NCBI GenBank assembly: GCA_903927615.1
Contig: CAIYNU010000086.1
Location: forward strand, 4,042-68,041
DNA length: 64,000 bases
DNA from: an uncultured Rhodospirillales bacterium
Lineage (GTDB): Bacteria; Pseudomonadota; Alphaproteobacteria; Azospirillales; Azospirillaceae
Direction: 5' to 3'
The translations under genes were made by a program, and so were the position numbers. The notes under the pieces were generated by a model that was given only the letters and a program-made list of their open reading frames with translations, had not been told where the DNA came from and made no database searches. Shown here one piece after another: positions 28,541 to 39,375 of this stretch (positions are counted from its first letter, which is position 1; every line of letters starts with the position of its first letter).

Positions 28541-28900
28541 TTTAAACTCCTTATCGTCATCACGCGCGCTGAATTAAACCAATAACGGGCAGTGATGACC
28601 CAGTTTATGAGTTGCGCGCCATGGTGCGCCCATAGCAAGGCTGTTAAAGGCGTGTCTCGCAGAAAAAATCGTTGAAGCGCGCCAAAATCGACACCGGCCG
28701 CTTCCTGTTTATCATCCTGGCTTTGGGCTGTGAAGGCGATAACCGCCGTTCCAACAGGCTGTTTTGTCCCGGTGATGGTGTCGAAAACCTTCGGTCGCGA
28801 ACGGCTGCCGGGGTGGCCGGACGCTGGGGCCGTGGCGACCGGCTGAAGCCCCGACGGTCGGGACTTCAGCCGGGCAGCCTCTGACGGCGACGGTCAGGCG

Positions 28901-30298
28901 TCACGTTTTCAGGTCCGTTGCGGTGGTTTGCATCTGATCACAGATCGAGAGCACCTTTGAATTCGAGGAATAGGCGCGCTGGGCCTGGATCAGTTTGGTC
29001 AGTTCCGTCGCCGTATCGACATTGGACTGTTCCACCGAATTGCTGGTAATGTCGCTGCCGTTGGACCATGCGGCGTTGGCGGAGCCGGCCGCCAGAGGAT
29101 TGCTGCCGAAGGTCGCACCGTTGATCCGTTGCAGGAGGTCAGGGTTTTCGAAAGAGGTCAATGGAATACGATAGGCATTGATGGACTGTCCATTCGAATA
29201 GTTGAATGAAACGTTACCTAAATTGTCGATACTGGCGCTCTGGAAGCTGCCTTTGACGTGACCGGTCAAATCTTGCGTGTCGCGGATATCGATACTCTCC
29301 CCCGTATACTGTGTTGAATCCGTGGTCGGGGTGCCGAGTTGGATCGTCAGCGAACTGCCTGCGGCGCCACTGGGCAAAGCCGGGATCGACAGGTTTAAAG
29401 AGGTGTTGGCGGTTAATTTTCCATTGCTGTCGAAACTGAAGGTGGGAAACGGGCCGCCCGGGCCAATCACCGTCGTTCCCGCCGTTGATGACCCATTGGG
29501 AATATTGCCTCCGATCGCACTCCAGGTGTTCGTCGCGGTTTTGCGCAGGGTGAGATTGAGGGTTTGGCTGGCTCCGCTTGAGTCAACAAAATTGACACTG
29601 AGGTTCTGGTCGGTCGGCGACAGTCCCGCCGCCGGGCCGGGCGGACTGTCGGTTGGGCCATTGACCGGGGCGACGGTCGCGGGGAAGTTGGCATTTACGG
29701 CAATGGTCGTGCTCGCCGTCGCCGGCATTGTATTATAATCCGGATGGCTGGCTTGTCCGGTCGCCTGATTGGTGAGGGCCGACAGGCTGACCGGCACGAG
29801 TTTTGCGCCGGTTGGGCTTGAGGGAAAATTACCGGAAAAGGCTGACGACTCATTAACCGCCATCAGGCAATTGCCATTCGAATTCACCAGGACGCCGTAC
29901 TTATCGAAGCTAAAATCCGTGGCTTGGGTGTATAGCGGCACTTGGCTGACGTTTGCCGGGCCTCCGCCATTATTGATACCATAGAATGTACTATTGCCCT
30001 CTTGGGTCACCGTGCCGACCTGGACGAAGTTTTGTCCGCTGGACACCGCGAACGAGGTCGGATTGCTGCTTGGGGCGATTTGCCCGCTGACAGTATTCCG
30101 ATCGATGGGACTCGCCAGAACCGAGTCATAGGCCTGCGCCGTCGTAATGCGGCCGGCAACCAGATCCTTAAATCGAGTATCGACCAGCTTGTATCCGACG
30201 GTACTGGTGTTGGCCAGATTTTCGGAAATGGAGCCCACCTGTGACGAAAACGCGGTGAGTCCATTCATTGCGCTACTGATCGCGCCATCCATCAACAT
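28901..30298 (-). CDS. Flagellar hook/rod-family protein (FlgE-like), orphan copy
   Basis: N-terminus MLMDGAISSAMNGL...ENLANTSTVGYK. C-terminus VEQSNVDTATELTKLIQAQRAYSSNSKVL. Start at 30298 is chosen because GGAGAG precedes it and the sigma-54 promoter lies just upstream. Confidence 0.75.
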   Translation of the reverse strand: MLMDGAISSAMNGLTAFSSQVGSISENLANTSTVGYKLVDTRFKDLVAGRITTAQAYDSVLASPIDRNTVSGQIAPSSNPTSFAVSSGQNFVQVGTVTQEGNSTFYGINNGGGPANVSQVPLYTQATDFSFDKYGVLVNSNGNCLMAVNESSAFSGNFPSSPTGAKLVPVSLSALTNQATGQASHPDYNTMPATASTTIAVNANFPATVAPVNGPTDSPPGPAAGLSPTDQNLSVNFVDSSGASQTLNLTLRKTATNTWSAIGGNIPNGSSTAGTTVIGPGGPFPTFSFDSNGKLTANTSLNLSIPALPSGAAGSSLTIQLGTPTTDSTQYTGESIDIRDTQDLTGHVKGSFQSASIDNLGNVSFNYSNGQSINAYRIPLTSFENPDLLQRINGATFGSNPLAAGSANAAWSNGSDITSNSVEQSNVDTATELTKLIQAQRAYSSNSKVLSICDQMQTTATDLKT

Positions 30299-30319
30299 CG
30301 CACTCTCCATCCAGTGGCG

Positions 30320-30336
30320 TGCCACCATCAGCAAAA
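30320..30336 (-). promoter_or_regulatory. Sigma-54 (-24/-12) promoter for the FlgE-like gene
   Basis: The minus strand reads TTGGCAC-acatt-TTGCT (TGGCAC-N5-TTGC exact). It lies about 22-38 nt upstream of ATG 30298. Confidence 0.55.
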
Positions 30337-30567
30337 TGTGTGCCAATGATGGGGCCTTGCGCATGGGCTTGCGATGCCGGCGCACATAAAGGCGGCCCCA
30401 CCCAGGGGCCAGGCCCCTGTACCGCTGATGGGGGGGGATTCGTCCGGATTGTCGGCTTGATACCCTGAGCCGTCGTGAAACACCGCGGTCGTCAGAGCAG
30501 AAATTGCTCACCAGGCACTTTTTTCCGGATCAAAACGGCCGGATCGCCGAGTCAGTGCCGGATAACC

Positions 30568-31749
30568 CTAACGGCCCTCGGGTGAGTCCACACAGGGGAT
30601 GGAAAAGGTGAAGCGCGCGCCCTGGCCCGGCGCGCTGGTCACGGAAATGGTGCCGTGCCAGTCCTGGATGATGCCGTAGACCACCGAAAGGCCCAAGCCG
30701 GTGCCCAGGCCCACCGGCTTGGTGGTGAAGAAAGGGTCGAAGACGTGTGCCAGCACGGTTTCGTCCATGCCCGGCCCGGTGTCGGCGACGGAGACGCGGC
30801 AGACCATCCCGGGGGCGATTCCCAGCACCGCTGCCGCCGCCGGTTCAATCCGGTCGAGTCCGGCTTCAACCGTGACGGTGCCGCGACCCGCCATCGCCTG
30901 GGCGGCGTTGTTCAAAAGATTGGTCAAAACCTGGGTCAATTCGACCGTGCTGATCCGACCGTGCCCCAGGTCACGGTTCAGGCCGGTAACCACCACGGCC
31001 ACCGATATCGGTAATAATCCGCGTATGAACTCCAGGGCTTCGACCAGGGCTGGCTGTAGCGCCGTCACGGACAGGCAGGCGGCCTCCCCTCGCGAGAAGC
31101 GCAGGATGCCCCGGACAATGTCCCGGGCCTTTTCGGCGCTGGTCATCACCCGGTGCAGGCGCCGGAGGGTGTCCGGGTCCTGGGTGGCGCCCAGCATCAA
31201 ATCGGTGTAGGTGACGATCGGTTGAAGCAGGTTGTTGATTTCGTGGGCCACGCCACCCGCCAGTTGTCCCAGCGCCTGGAGCTTGTGGCGGCGCTGGTCT
31301 TCGATCCGCCGCTGCCGCTTGTCGGTGATGTCGTTGTGAACCCCGATCAGGGCGACCGCCTGGCCGTCTTGGGAGAGGGGCGTCATGCGCACTTCGCACC
31401 AGAACGGCGCGCCGTCCTTGCGGTACTGAAGTATCTCCGCGTCCACCGGCTCATTCATCCGCAAGGCGGCAGCCACCCGCCGGATGGCGGCCGAGTCGGT
31501 GTCGGGGCCGTTCAGAAAATCCAGGTTGTGTCCAACCACCTCCTGCAAATAATAGCCGGTAATGCCGGAAAACGCCGAGTTGACGTAAATCAACGGCGTC
31601 GACGGTCTGGTGGCGTCGCTGATGGTGATGCCAACCGGGCAGGATTCGATGGCTGCCGCGAACAATTCGTTGCAGACGCCTCCGTCGCCCCAACGGACCG
31701 CGTCGCCGTCACTATGGACCTTGCGGGCCTCAATCAGGTCCTGGAGCAT
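30568..31749 (-). CDS. Cytoplasmic LOV-like PAS histidine kinase lacking the flavin-adduct Cys
   Basis: LOV-type core ITISDATRPSTPLIYVNSAFSGITGYYLQEVVGHNLDFLNGPDTD...ILQYRKDGAPFWCEVRMTPL. Kinase motifs VAHEINNLLQPI and DTGPGMDE...GLGTGLGLSVVYGII. Confidence 0.85.
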   Translation of the reverse strand: MLQDLIEARKVHSDGDAVRWGDGGVCNELFAAAIESCPVGITISDATRPSTPLIYVNSAFSGITGYYLQEVVGHNLDFLNGPDTDSAAIRRVAAALRMNEPVDAEILQYRKDGAPFWCEVRMTPLSQDGQAVALIGVHNDITDKRQRRIEDQRRHKLQALGQLAGGVAHEINNLLQPIVTYTDLMLGATQDPDTLRRLHRVMTSAEKARDIVRGILRFSRGEAACLSVTALQPALVEALEFIRGLLPISVAVVVTGLNRDLGHGRISTVELTQVLTNLLNNAAQAMAGRGTVTVEAGLDRIEPAAAAVLGIAPGMVCRVSVADTGPGMDETVLAHVFDPFFTTKPVGLGTGLGLSVVYGIIQDWHGTISVTSAPGQGARFTFSIPCVDSPEGR

Positions 31750-32251
31750 GGGTTCCTGCCTTCCCCCTGCGCCGTGGCCCGGTCCACGCGAAGCGGTGGC
31801 GGACGTTTGGGATGTCGCCACTTTTTTTTCCGGTGATGGTCCCCGATCCGACGGGTGGTCGCCGCCCCGGGCGGGCTTGCCAACCCGTCCCGGTCGCACT
31901 GCTCGCCGGCTCGGATAGGTAGCCACTTGACCACGGACCCTTGGGACGGACAAGCGTAATTTCCGATTTTGAGGGTGGTGGGACCCGGGAGGCCCCCGCT
32001 CAACCGCGGTGCCGGTGCGATTGGCCGGCCCCGATGCGCCAGAACTGTTGCCAAAGGCCCGGCCACGGGCTATCTAAGCCTTGTCGTCAACCCCTCACGC
32101 GGGCTTGCGGACCGTTGCCACGGCATGGCAAACGGCCGCTCCGGTGTCTTTAGGTGTTCGCCCTGAACGGTCCTGTCCGGCTATGCCGGAAGGGGTGTTG
32201 GGGACGAACGGGACAGGCCTGCGGCGGTGAAACCGGAAAGAGAATTTCGTT

Positions 32252-33028
32252 ATGACAATGCCCATGTTTACCATGCGTCGCCTGCTCGAAGCCGGCGTCC
32301 ACTTTGGTCACCATACCCGTCGCCGCAATCCAAAGATGCAGCCCTACCTGTTTGGCGTGCGGAACGGCGTTCATATCATCGACCTTGAACAGTCGGTGCC
32401 CTTGCTGCATCGGGCGATGATTGCTGTTCGCGATGTGGTGGCCGGTGGCGGGCGCGTGCTGTTCGTCGGGACCAAGCGCCAGGCGCAGGAGCGGGTTGCC
32501 GATTCTGCCGCGCGGTGCGGCCAGTACTTTGTGAATCACCGCTGGCTGGGCGGGATGCTGACCAACTGGAAGACGATTTCCCAGTCGATCCGTCGCCTGC
32601 GCGAGATGGAAGAGCGGTTGGCCGAGAGTAATATCGGCCTGACCAAGAAGGAAACCCTGCAATTGACCCGGGAGCGCGACAAGCTGGAGCGGGCGCTGGG
32701 CGGCATCAAGGAAATGGGCGGTTTGCCCGACATCCTGTTCATCATCGACACCAACAAGGAAGCCATTGCGGTCAAAGAAGCCAACAAGCTTGGCATCCCG
32801 GTGGTGGCGGTGATCGACAGCAATTCCGATCCCGATGGCATCGCTTTCCCGATCCCGGGCAATGACGATGCGTTGCGGGCGATCGATCTTTATTGCGAGC
32901 TGATTTCCGGGGCGGTGCTGGACGGTCTTCAGGCCGAGATGGTGGCGGCGGGCATCGACGTCGGTGCGCGCGAGGAAGCGCCGGAAGAGGCCGCAGTGGC
33001 CGAGGAAGGGACGGCGGCCCGGGCCTGA
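32252..33028 (+). CDS. rpsB: 30S ribosomal protein S2
   Basis: [24 protein letters not shown]..., synteny with tsf. Confidence 0.95.
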   Translation: MTMPMFTMRRLLEAGVHFGHHTRRRNPKMQPYLFGVRNGVHIIDLEQSVPLLHRAMIAVRDVVAGGGRVLFVGTKRQAQERVADSAARCGQYFVNHRWLGGMLTNWKTISQSIRRLREMEERLAESNIGLTKKETLQLTRERDKLERALGGIKEMGGLPDILFIIDTNKEAIAVKEANKLGIPVVAVIDSNSDPDGIAFPIPGNDDALRAIDLYCELISGAVLDGLQAEMVAAGIDVGAREEAPEEAAVAEEGTAARA

Positions 33029-33135
33029 TCGGCGCGCCGGTCCGGTTTGGGGGGGGGCGGGACCATGCCCCCCGATCCACGGGGGGCCGGGCGGCCTGAT
33101 CTGCAATATCTATGCGCGAAGGGATAAAGACCACC

Positions 33136-34080
33136 ATGGCTGAAATCACTGCCTCACGAGTCAAAGAGCTGCGCGAGAAGACCGGCGCCGGCATGATGGA
33201 CTGCAAGAAGGCGTTGACCGAGACCGCGGGCGAAATGGAAGCCGCCGTCGACTGGCTGCGCAAGAAGGGACTGGCTGCGGCGGCGCGCAAGGCCGGGCGG
33301 GTTGCCGCCGAGGGGTTGGTGGCGGTGGCCACCGACGGCACCGTCGGCGCCGTGATCGAACTGAACGCCGAAACCGACTTCGTCGCGCGCAACGACAAGT
33401 TCCAGGCGGCGGCGGCGACGCTGGCCCGGTTGGCGCTGGCCGGCACTGGCGAGGTCGAGGATCTGCGTAAGGCGAGCTATCCGGGGACCGACCACGATGT
33501 CGGCGTCGAGATTACCAGCCTGATCGCCACCATCGGCGAAAACATGAATCTGCGGCGGGCGGCCCGGCTGTCGGTTTCGGCGGGTGTGGTGGCCAGCTAC
33601 ACCCACAACGCGCTGGCGCCGAATCTCGGGACCATCGGCGTCCTGGTCGCTCTCGAGTCGACCGGCGACCGCGGCAAGCTGCTGGAACTGGGCCGGCAGA
33701 TCGCCATGCATGTTGCCGCCGCCCGGCCCGAGGCGTTGAATATCAAAGACGTCGACACCAGCAAGCTTGATCGCGAACGGGCGATCCTGGCGGATCAGGC
33801 ACGGGCCAGCGGCAAGCCCGAAGAGATCATCGCCAAGATGGTTGAGGGCCGGCTGCGCAAATATTATGAAGAGGTCGTCCTGCTGGAGCAGGTCTACGTC
33901 ATCGATAATGAGTCCAAAGTCGGCAAGGTGGTTGAGCAGGCGGCCAAGACGGTCGGGGCGCCGGTGAAAATCACCGGCTTCATCCGTTTTGTGCTGGGCG
34001 ACGGTATTGAGAAGGAAGCCACCGACTTTGCCAGCGAGGTTGCGGCGGTGGCCGGGGTGAAACCACCGACGGCCGGTTAA
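33136..34080 (+). CDS. tsf: Translation elongation factor Ts
   Basis: [27 protein letters not shown]... Confidence 0.95.
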   Translation: MAEITASRVKELREKTGAGMMDCKKALTETAGEMEAAVDWLRKKGLAAAARKAGRVAAEGLVAVATDGTVGAVIELNAETDFVARNDKFQAAAATLARLALAGTGEVEDLRKASYPGTDHDVGVEITSLIATIGENMNLRRAARLSVSAGVVASYTHNALAPNLGTIGVLVALESTGDRGKLLELGRQIAMHVAAARPEALNIKDVDTSKLDRERAILADQARASGKPEEIIAKMVEGRLRKYYEEVVLLEQVYVIDNESKVGKVVEQAAKTVGAPVKITGFIRFVLGDGIEKEATDFASEVAAVAGVKPPTAG

Positions 34081-34095
34081 CAGGGAGAACCAGCC

Positions 34096-34842
34096 ATGGT
34101 GATCCGGATCACACGGGGCGACGAGTCCAGCCCGCGTTATCGGCGTGTCTTGCTCAAAATCTCGGGCGAGGCGCTGATGGGTCAGGGCGAATACGGGCTC
34201 GAGGCCGAGACCGTGACCCGGATCGCCACCGAGGTGCGAACCGTGCGGGATATGGGGGTTGAGGTTTGCCTGGTGATCGGCGGCGGCAACATCTTCCGCG
34301 GTGTCTCGGGGGCGGCTAGTGGCATGGAGCGGGCGTCGGCGGATTACATGGGGATGCTGGCCACCGTGATTAATGCCCTGGCCATGCAGAACGCCCTGGA
34401 GCGCGAGGGGATTCAGACCCGGGTGCAATCGGCGATCCCCATGGCCACGGTGTGCGAGCCCTATGTTCGGCGTCGTGCGGTCCGCCACATGGAGAAGGGG
34501 CGGGTGGTGATCTTCGCCGCCGGCACCGGCAACCCGTACTTTACCACCGACACCGCGGCGGCGCTCCGGGCCTCGGAAATGGGCTGCGAGGCGTTGTTGA
34601 AGGGGACTCATGTGGATGGCGTCTATACCGCCGATCCCAAGCAGGTCCCGGATGCCCGACGCTACGAGCGGCTGTCGTTCCACGAGGTGCTGTCCCAGGA
34701 TCTGCGGGTGATGGACGCTTCGGCGATTTCGCTGGCGCGCGATAACCGGATTCCCATACTGGTGTTCTCGATCGTTACGGCCGGTGGCTTCGCCGAGGTG
34801 ATGGCGGGGCGCGGCAGGTTCACCATCATCACAGAAGCGTGA
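34096..34842 (+). CDS. pyrH: UMP kinase
   Basis: [15 protein letters not shown]...[10 protein letters not shown]... Confidence 0.95.
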   Translation: MVIRITRGDESSPRYRRVLLKISGEALMGQGEYGLEAETVTRIATEVRTVRDMGVEVCLVIGGGNIFRGVSGAASGMERASADYMGMLATVINALAMQNALEREGIQTRVQSAIPMATVCEPYVRRRAVRHMEKGRVVIFAAGTGNPYFTTDTAAALRASEMGCEALLKGTHVDGVYTADPKQVPDARRYERLSFHEVLSQDLRVMDASAISLARDNRIPILVFSIVTAGGFAEVMAGRGRFTIITEA

Positions 34843-34865
34843 TTTGATTACGGAAGAGGGGTAAG

Positions 34866-35423
34866 GTGGCCGATCCGGACATTTCCGACGTAAGGCGTCG
34901 CATGGACGGCGCGCTGGAGTCGCTACGCAAGGAATTCGCCGGGCTGCGCACGGGGCGGGCGTCGGCGAGTCTGCTGGAGCCGATTACGGTTGACGCCTAT
35001 GGCGCCCATATGCCGCTCAATCAGGTGGGCACCGTTGGCGTGCCCGAACCGCGATTGATCACGGTCCAGGTTTGGGACCGCACGATGGTCAAGGCGGTGG
35101 AAAAGGCGATCCGCGAAGCCGGTCTCGGGCTCAATCCCCAGACCGAGGGCCAGAGCATCCGGGTGCCCATTCCCGATCTCAGTCAGGAGCGGCGGCAAGA
35201 ATTGTCGAAGGTCGCCCACAAATACGCCGAGCAGGCGCGCATCGCGGTGCGCAACGTCCGACGGGACGGCATGGACCTGCTGAAGCGCCAGGAAAAGGCC
35301 GGAGACCTCAGTCAGGACGAACACAAGACCTGGGCCGATAAGATTCAGGGGCTAACCGACACCCACATCAAAAGGATCGACGAGGTGCTGGCGAGCAAAG
35401 AAAAGGAAATCATGCAGGTCTGA
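34866..35423 (+). CDS. frr: Ribosome recycling factor
   Basis: [32 protein letters not shown] start. Confidence 0.95.
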   Translation: MADPDISDVRRRMDGALESLRKEFAGLRTGRASASLLEPITVDAYGAHMPLNQVGTVGVPEPRLITVQVWDRTMVKAVEKAIREAGLGLNPQTEGQSIRVPIPDLSQERRQELSKVAHKYAEQARIAVRNVRRDGMDLLKRQEKAGDLSQDEHKTWADKIQGLTDTHIKRIDEVLASKEKEIMQV

Positions 35424-35427
35424 GGCC

Positions 35428-36165
35428 ATGTCGAGCCAGGGTGACAGTAACGGCCAGACCCCACCGGCTCATGTCGCCATCATTATGGATGGCAACGGCC
35501 GTTGGGCGAAAGCGCGCGGCCTGCCGCGGATTGCCGGCCACCGCAAGGGTGCCGAAGCGGTTCGGCGGACCGTCGAGGCTGCGCGCTCGTTGGGCGTCGC
35601 TTATGTCACGCTCTTCAGCTTTTCTTCCGAAAACTGGGCGCGGCCGCTCAGTGAAGTCACCGAGCTGATGGCGTTGCTGCGCTTTTACCTGCGCAGCGAA
35701 ATCGCCGAATTGCACAAGTCGGGGGTTCGCTTGCGGGTGGTCGGCGATCGCAGCCGGCTGTCCGCCGACATTGTCCAACTGGTGGAAAGCGGCGAGGCCA
35801 CCACCGCCGGCAATACGGTGTTGACCTTGATTCTGGCGCTTAGCTATGGTTCCCGCCAGGAAATCGTGGAAGCGGCCCGCAGTCTGGCGCGCCAGGCGGT
35901 CGCGTGCGAAGTGCGTCCCGAGGACATCGACGAAAGCCGGTTCTCGGCGACTTTGTGGACTGCCGGGGTGCCCGACCCGGATCTGGTGATCCGGACGAGC
36001 GGCGAGCAGCGGTTGAGCAACTTTCTTTTGTGGCAGTCGGCCTATGCCGAACTGGTGTTTATCGACAGGCTGTGGCCGGATTTCACCCGGCGTGACCTGG
36101 AAGAAGCCATTCAAGAGTTTCATCGGCGGGAACGCCGATATGGCGCGTCGGTTGGCACACGATAG
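35428..36165 (+). CDS. uppS: Undecaprenyl-diphosphate synthase (isoprenyl transferase)
   Basis: HVAIIMDGNGRWA...FSSENW.RP..EV..LM...RLSNFLLWQ.AYAEL.F. Confidence 0.95.
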   Translation: MSSQGDSNGQTPPAHVAIIMDGNGRWAKARGLPRIAGHRKGAEAVRRTVEAARSLGVAYVTLFSFSSENWARPLSEVTELMALLRFYLRSEIAELHKSGVRLRVVGDRSRLSADIVQLVESGEATTAGNTVLTLILALSYGSRQEIVEAARSLARQAVACEVRPEDIDESRFSATLWTAGVPDPDLVIRTSGEQRLSNFLLWQSAYAELVFIDRLWPDFTRRDLEEAIQEFHRRERRYGASVGTR

Positions 36166-36976
36166 GAAGGCCAACCTGCGCAAGCGCGCGCTGTCGGCAC
36201 TGGTCCTTGGGCCACTGGTGCTGGGGGTGGTCTACGCCGGCGGCTGGTTGTTTTATGCGGCGGTGGTGGTTACGGCGGTGCTGGCGGTTCGGGAATGGGT
36301 GCGGATGATCGCCCCCGGGCCGCTGGGCCGGTCGTTCTATCTGTCCTGTACCGCCATTGCGCTGGTGATGGCCGTGGATGTGGTGGCCGGGCCGCTGGTC
36401 GCCCTGGGTTTGGCGTTGGCGTTGGCGCTGGTTCTGGCGGTGGTGCCGTGGGCGGGCAGCGCCCGGGTTCGCGGTTCCGACCGTCGGGTGGCGGCGTTCG
36501 GAGTCCCTTATGTCGGGGCCAGTTGTGTCGCGTTGACGTGGTTGCGCGGTGATGCTCAGGCCGGACTGTTGCTGATCCTGTTCCTGTTGTTGACGGTTTG
36601 GGCCAATGATATCGGCGCCTTTGTGGTGGGGCGGGGGATCGGCGGGCCACGACTGGCGCCCAGCATCAGTCCGGCCAAGACCTGGGCGGGTTTTTGGGGC
36701 GGGCTGGTGGCGGCCGGGCTGGTGGGCGGGCTGGTCGCGGTGGCGGCGGGCGCCCGGGAGCCGCTGGCGGTGATGGCGCTGGGCGCGGTGCTGGCGGTGG
36801 TCGGGCAGGGCGGCGATCTGTTTGAGTCGGCGCTCAAGCGGCGCTACAAAGTTAAGGACAGCGGCCAGTTGATCCCGGGTCATGGCGGATTGCTCGACCG
36901 CATCGACGGGTTGGTGGCGGCGGCGCCGGTGCTGGCGCTGTTTCAGGCGGCCGTGGGCTCGCAGTCCATCTGGTAA
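36140..36976 (+). CDS. cdsA: Phosphatidate cytidylyltransferase
   Basis: Multi-TM protein with C-terminal [28 protein letters not shown]. Start is set at ATG 36140 (26-nt overlap with uppS). Confidence 0.9.
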   Translation: MARRLAHDRKANLRKRALSALVLGPLVLGVVYAGGWLFYAAVVVTAVLAVREWVRMIAPGPLGRSFYLSCTAIALVMAVDVVAGPLVALGLALALALVLAVVPWAGSARVRGSDRRVAAFGVPYVGASCVALTWLRGDAQAGLLLILFLLLTVWANDIGAFVVGRGIGGPRLAPSISPAKTWAGFWGGLVAAGLVGGLVAVAAGAREPLAVMALGAVLAVVGQGGDLFESALKRRYKVKDSGQLIPGHGGLLDRIDGLVAAAPVLALFQAAVGSQSIW

Positions 36977-37004
36977 TGGAAAAGACTTAAAACGCGGGGG
37001 CAAG

Positions 37005-38183
37005 GTGGCACAAGGACAGGCACGGGCGAAGCGGCGGGTGACGGTACTCGGGTCGACCGGCTCGGTGGGCAGCAATACCGTCAGTCTGATTGCCCTTGAA
37101 CCGGAGCGGTATCAGGTCGAAGCCCTGACGGCCCGGCGCAACGTCGCGTTACTGGTCCAGCAGGCGCTGCTGCTGCGGCCCCGGCTGGTGGTGATCGCGG
37201 ATCCCGAGGGCTATGAACCGCTCAAGGAGGCCCTGGCCGGGACCGGCATCGGCGTCGCCGCGGGGCCGTCGGCGGTGGTGGAGGCGGCCTTGATGCCGGC
37301 CGAGTGGGTGATGGCGGCCATCGTGGGGGCGGCCGGGCTGGAACCGACGCTGGCGGCGGCGCGGCGCGGCGCCACGGTGGCCTTTGCGAACAAGGAATGC
37401 CTGGTTTGCGCCGGCCCGCTGATGATGGAACTGGTGCGCGATCACGGCGCGACCCTGTTGCCGGTTGACAGCGAGCACAGCGCGATTTTTCAGGTGTTCG
37501 ACTTCGAGCGGCGGGAGGCGGTGGAGCGCCTGATCCTGACCGCGTCGGGCGGCCCGTTCCGCACCCTCGACCGGGCCGCCATGGCCCACGTCACGCCCGA
37601 ACAGGCGGTGGCGCATCCGGTCTGGGATATGGGCGCCAAGATTTCGGTGGACAGCGCCACCATGATGAACAAGGGCCTGGAGATTATCGAGGCCCATTAT
37701 CTGTTCGGCATGCCCGAGACCCGGATCGACGTGCTGGTTCATCCCCAGTCGGTGGTTCATAGCCTGGTCGAGTATGTCGATGGCTCGGTGCTGGCGCAAT
37801 TGGGGACGCCGGATATGCGGACGCCCATCGCGTACGCCCTGGGTTGGCCGGCCCGCATCCCGACTCCCGCCCAACGACTGGATCTGTTACGGACCGGGAC
37901 CCTGTCGTTCGAGGCGCCGGACCCTGACCGCTTTCCGGCGTTACGGCTGGCGCGCCAAGCCTTGCAAAGCGAGGGGGGCGGCCCTACTATTCTCAATGCC
38001 GCCAACGAAGTCGCAGTCGACGCCTTTCTCAATCGGCGGATCGGTTTCCTGGATATTGAGCGCGTGGTTGAAGAAACCCTGGAGGCGGTGCCTCATGATC
38101 GGCCCCGGGTCATCAGCGATGTCCTGGAGATCGATGGCGCCGCGCGGCGTTATGCCACCGGACGGGTGGATGAACGGAAATAG
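37005..38183 (+). CDS. dxr: 1-deoxy-D-xylulose-5-phosphate reductoisomerase
   Basis: [16 protein letters not shown]...ANKE.LV..G...DSEHSAIFQ...NKGLE.IEA. GTG start at 37005. Confidence 0.95.
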   Translation: MAQGQARAKRRVTVLGSTGSVGSNTVSLIALEPERYQVEALTARRNVALLVQQALLLRPRLVVIADPEGYEPLKEALAGTGIGVAAGPSAVVEAALMPAEWVMAAIVGAAGLEPTLAAARRGATVAFANKECLVCAGPLMMELVRDHGATLLPVDSEHSAIFQVFDFERREAVERLILTASGGPFRTLDRAAMAHVTPEQAVAHPVWDMGAKISVDSATMMNKGLEIIEAHYLFGMPETRIDVLVHPQSVVHSLVEYVDGSVLAQLGTPDMRTPIAYALGWPARIPTPAQRLDLLRTGTLSFEAPDPDRFPALRLARQALQSEGGGPTILNAANEVAVDAFLNRRIGFLDIERVVEETLEAVPHDRPRVISDVLEIDGAARRYATGRVDERK

Positions 38184-38234
38184 GGTTGAAGAGAGTGCGG
38201 CCGGCGCTTGCCGGCGCTTTGGATGGGCGGATCG

Positions 38235-39368
38235 ATGGTCATACTCGACGGACTTTGGCATTACGCGGTTCCCTTCATCGTCGTTCTGACGATTCTGGTG
38301 TTCGTGCATGAACTTGGCCACTATTGGGTTGCGCGCCGTTGCGGGGTGCGGGTCGAGGTGTTCTCGTTCGGAATGGGCCCGGAACTGCTGGGTCACACCG
38401 ACCGTCATGGCACCCGTTGGCGGCTCAGCCTGTTCCCGCTGGGCGGTTATGTGAAGTTCTTCGGCGACGCCAGCGCCGCCAGCACGCCGCGCGACGATTT
38501 GCCCGAAATGACGCCCGAGGAGCGGGCGGTGTCGTTCCACCACAAGTCGCTGGCCCAGCGTGCGGCCATCGTTGCGGCCGGACCCATCGCCAACTTTCTG
38601 TTTGCCATTGTGGTGCTGGCGGTGCTGTTCGCCACCTACGGGCAACCCTTCACGCCGGCCGATATCGGCACGGTCCAGGCGGGCAGTGCCGCCGAAGCGG
38701 CGGGGTTGCAACCGGGCGACGTCATCGTCGACATCGACGGTCGGGCCATCGAGCGGTTCGAGGATGTTAAGGCCATCGTCAGCATGGCGCCGGACCAGGC
38801 ATTGGCGGTTTCGGTGCTGCGCAGTGGCCAGCGGTTGACCGTCACCGCGACCCCCAAATCTTCAACCGTGACCGATCGGTTCGGCAACAGCTATCAGATC
38901 GGCTTGCTGGGCATTACCCGGCCGGGGTTGGACTATCGCCGCCATGATCCGGCCACCGCGGTGTGGCGGGCGGTTCGCGAAACCGTAGATCTGACCGCGG
39001 CGACCCTGAACGGGGTCGGCCAGATGATCCGCGGGGTTCGGGGGACCGAAGACCTGGGCGGTCCGTTGCGCATCGCTCAGATGTCGGGTGAAGTTGCGCA
39101 AAGCGGAGTTGTCTCACTGATTTGGTTTCTGGCTCTGCTATCGATCAATCTTGGGCTGATAAACCTCTTTCCTATACCCCTTCTTGACGGCGGCCATCTG
39201 CTGTTTTATGCCATCGAAGGGGTTTGCGGTCGGCCACTTGGCGAGCGCGCGCAAGAATATGGTTTTCGCATCGGGTTGGCTCTGGTATTAACGCTGATGG
39301 TTTTCGCCACTTGGAACGACTTGGTTCATCTGCGGGTGATCGAGTTTTTCCGGGGACTGATATCCTAA
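38235..39368 (+). CDS. rseP: RIP zinc metalloprotease RseP (M50, PDZ domain)
   Basis: HELGHYWVARRCGV...LLSINLGLINLFPIPLLDGGHL. Confidence 0.9.
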   Translation: MVILDGLWHYAVPFIVVLTILVFVHELGHYWVARRCGVRVEVFSFGMGPELLGHTDRHGTRWRLSLFPLGGYVKFFGDASAASTPRDDLPEMTPEERAVSFHHKSLAQRAAIVAAGPIANFLFAIVVLAVLFATYGQPFTPADIGTVQAGSAAEAAGLQPGDVIVDIDGRAIERFEDVKAIVSMAPDQALAVSVLRSGQRLTVTATPKSSTVTDRFGNSYQIGLLGITRPGLDYRRHDPATAVWRAVRETVDLTAATLNGVGQMIRGVRGTEDLGGPLRIAQMSGEVAQSGVVSLIWFLALLSINLGLINLFPIPLLDGGHLLFYAIEGVCGRPLGERAQEYGFRIGLALVLTLMVFATWNDLVHLRVIEFFRGLIS

Positions 39369-39375
39369 GCCAGTA

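Noticed and set aside
28672-28884. 70-aa ORF in the MCP / FlgE-like intergenic region, and similar short ORFs at 48782-49046 and 57918-58130.
   Set aside because: They have non-ATG or context-poor starts, no motifs and atypical composition. They lie in promoter or terminator regions of better-supported genes.
32165-32251. Possible structured rpsB 5' leader: inner hairpin ccggc-tat-gccgg enclosed by cctgtcc/ggacagg pairing.
   Set aside because: The stems are short (5 and 7 bp) and I cannot match them to a known S2 autoregulatory leader by eye. The evidence is not strong enough without covariation.
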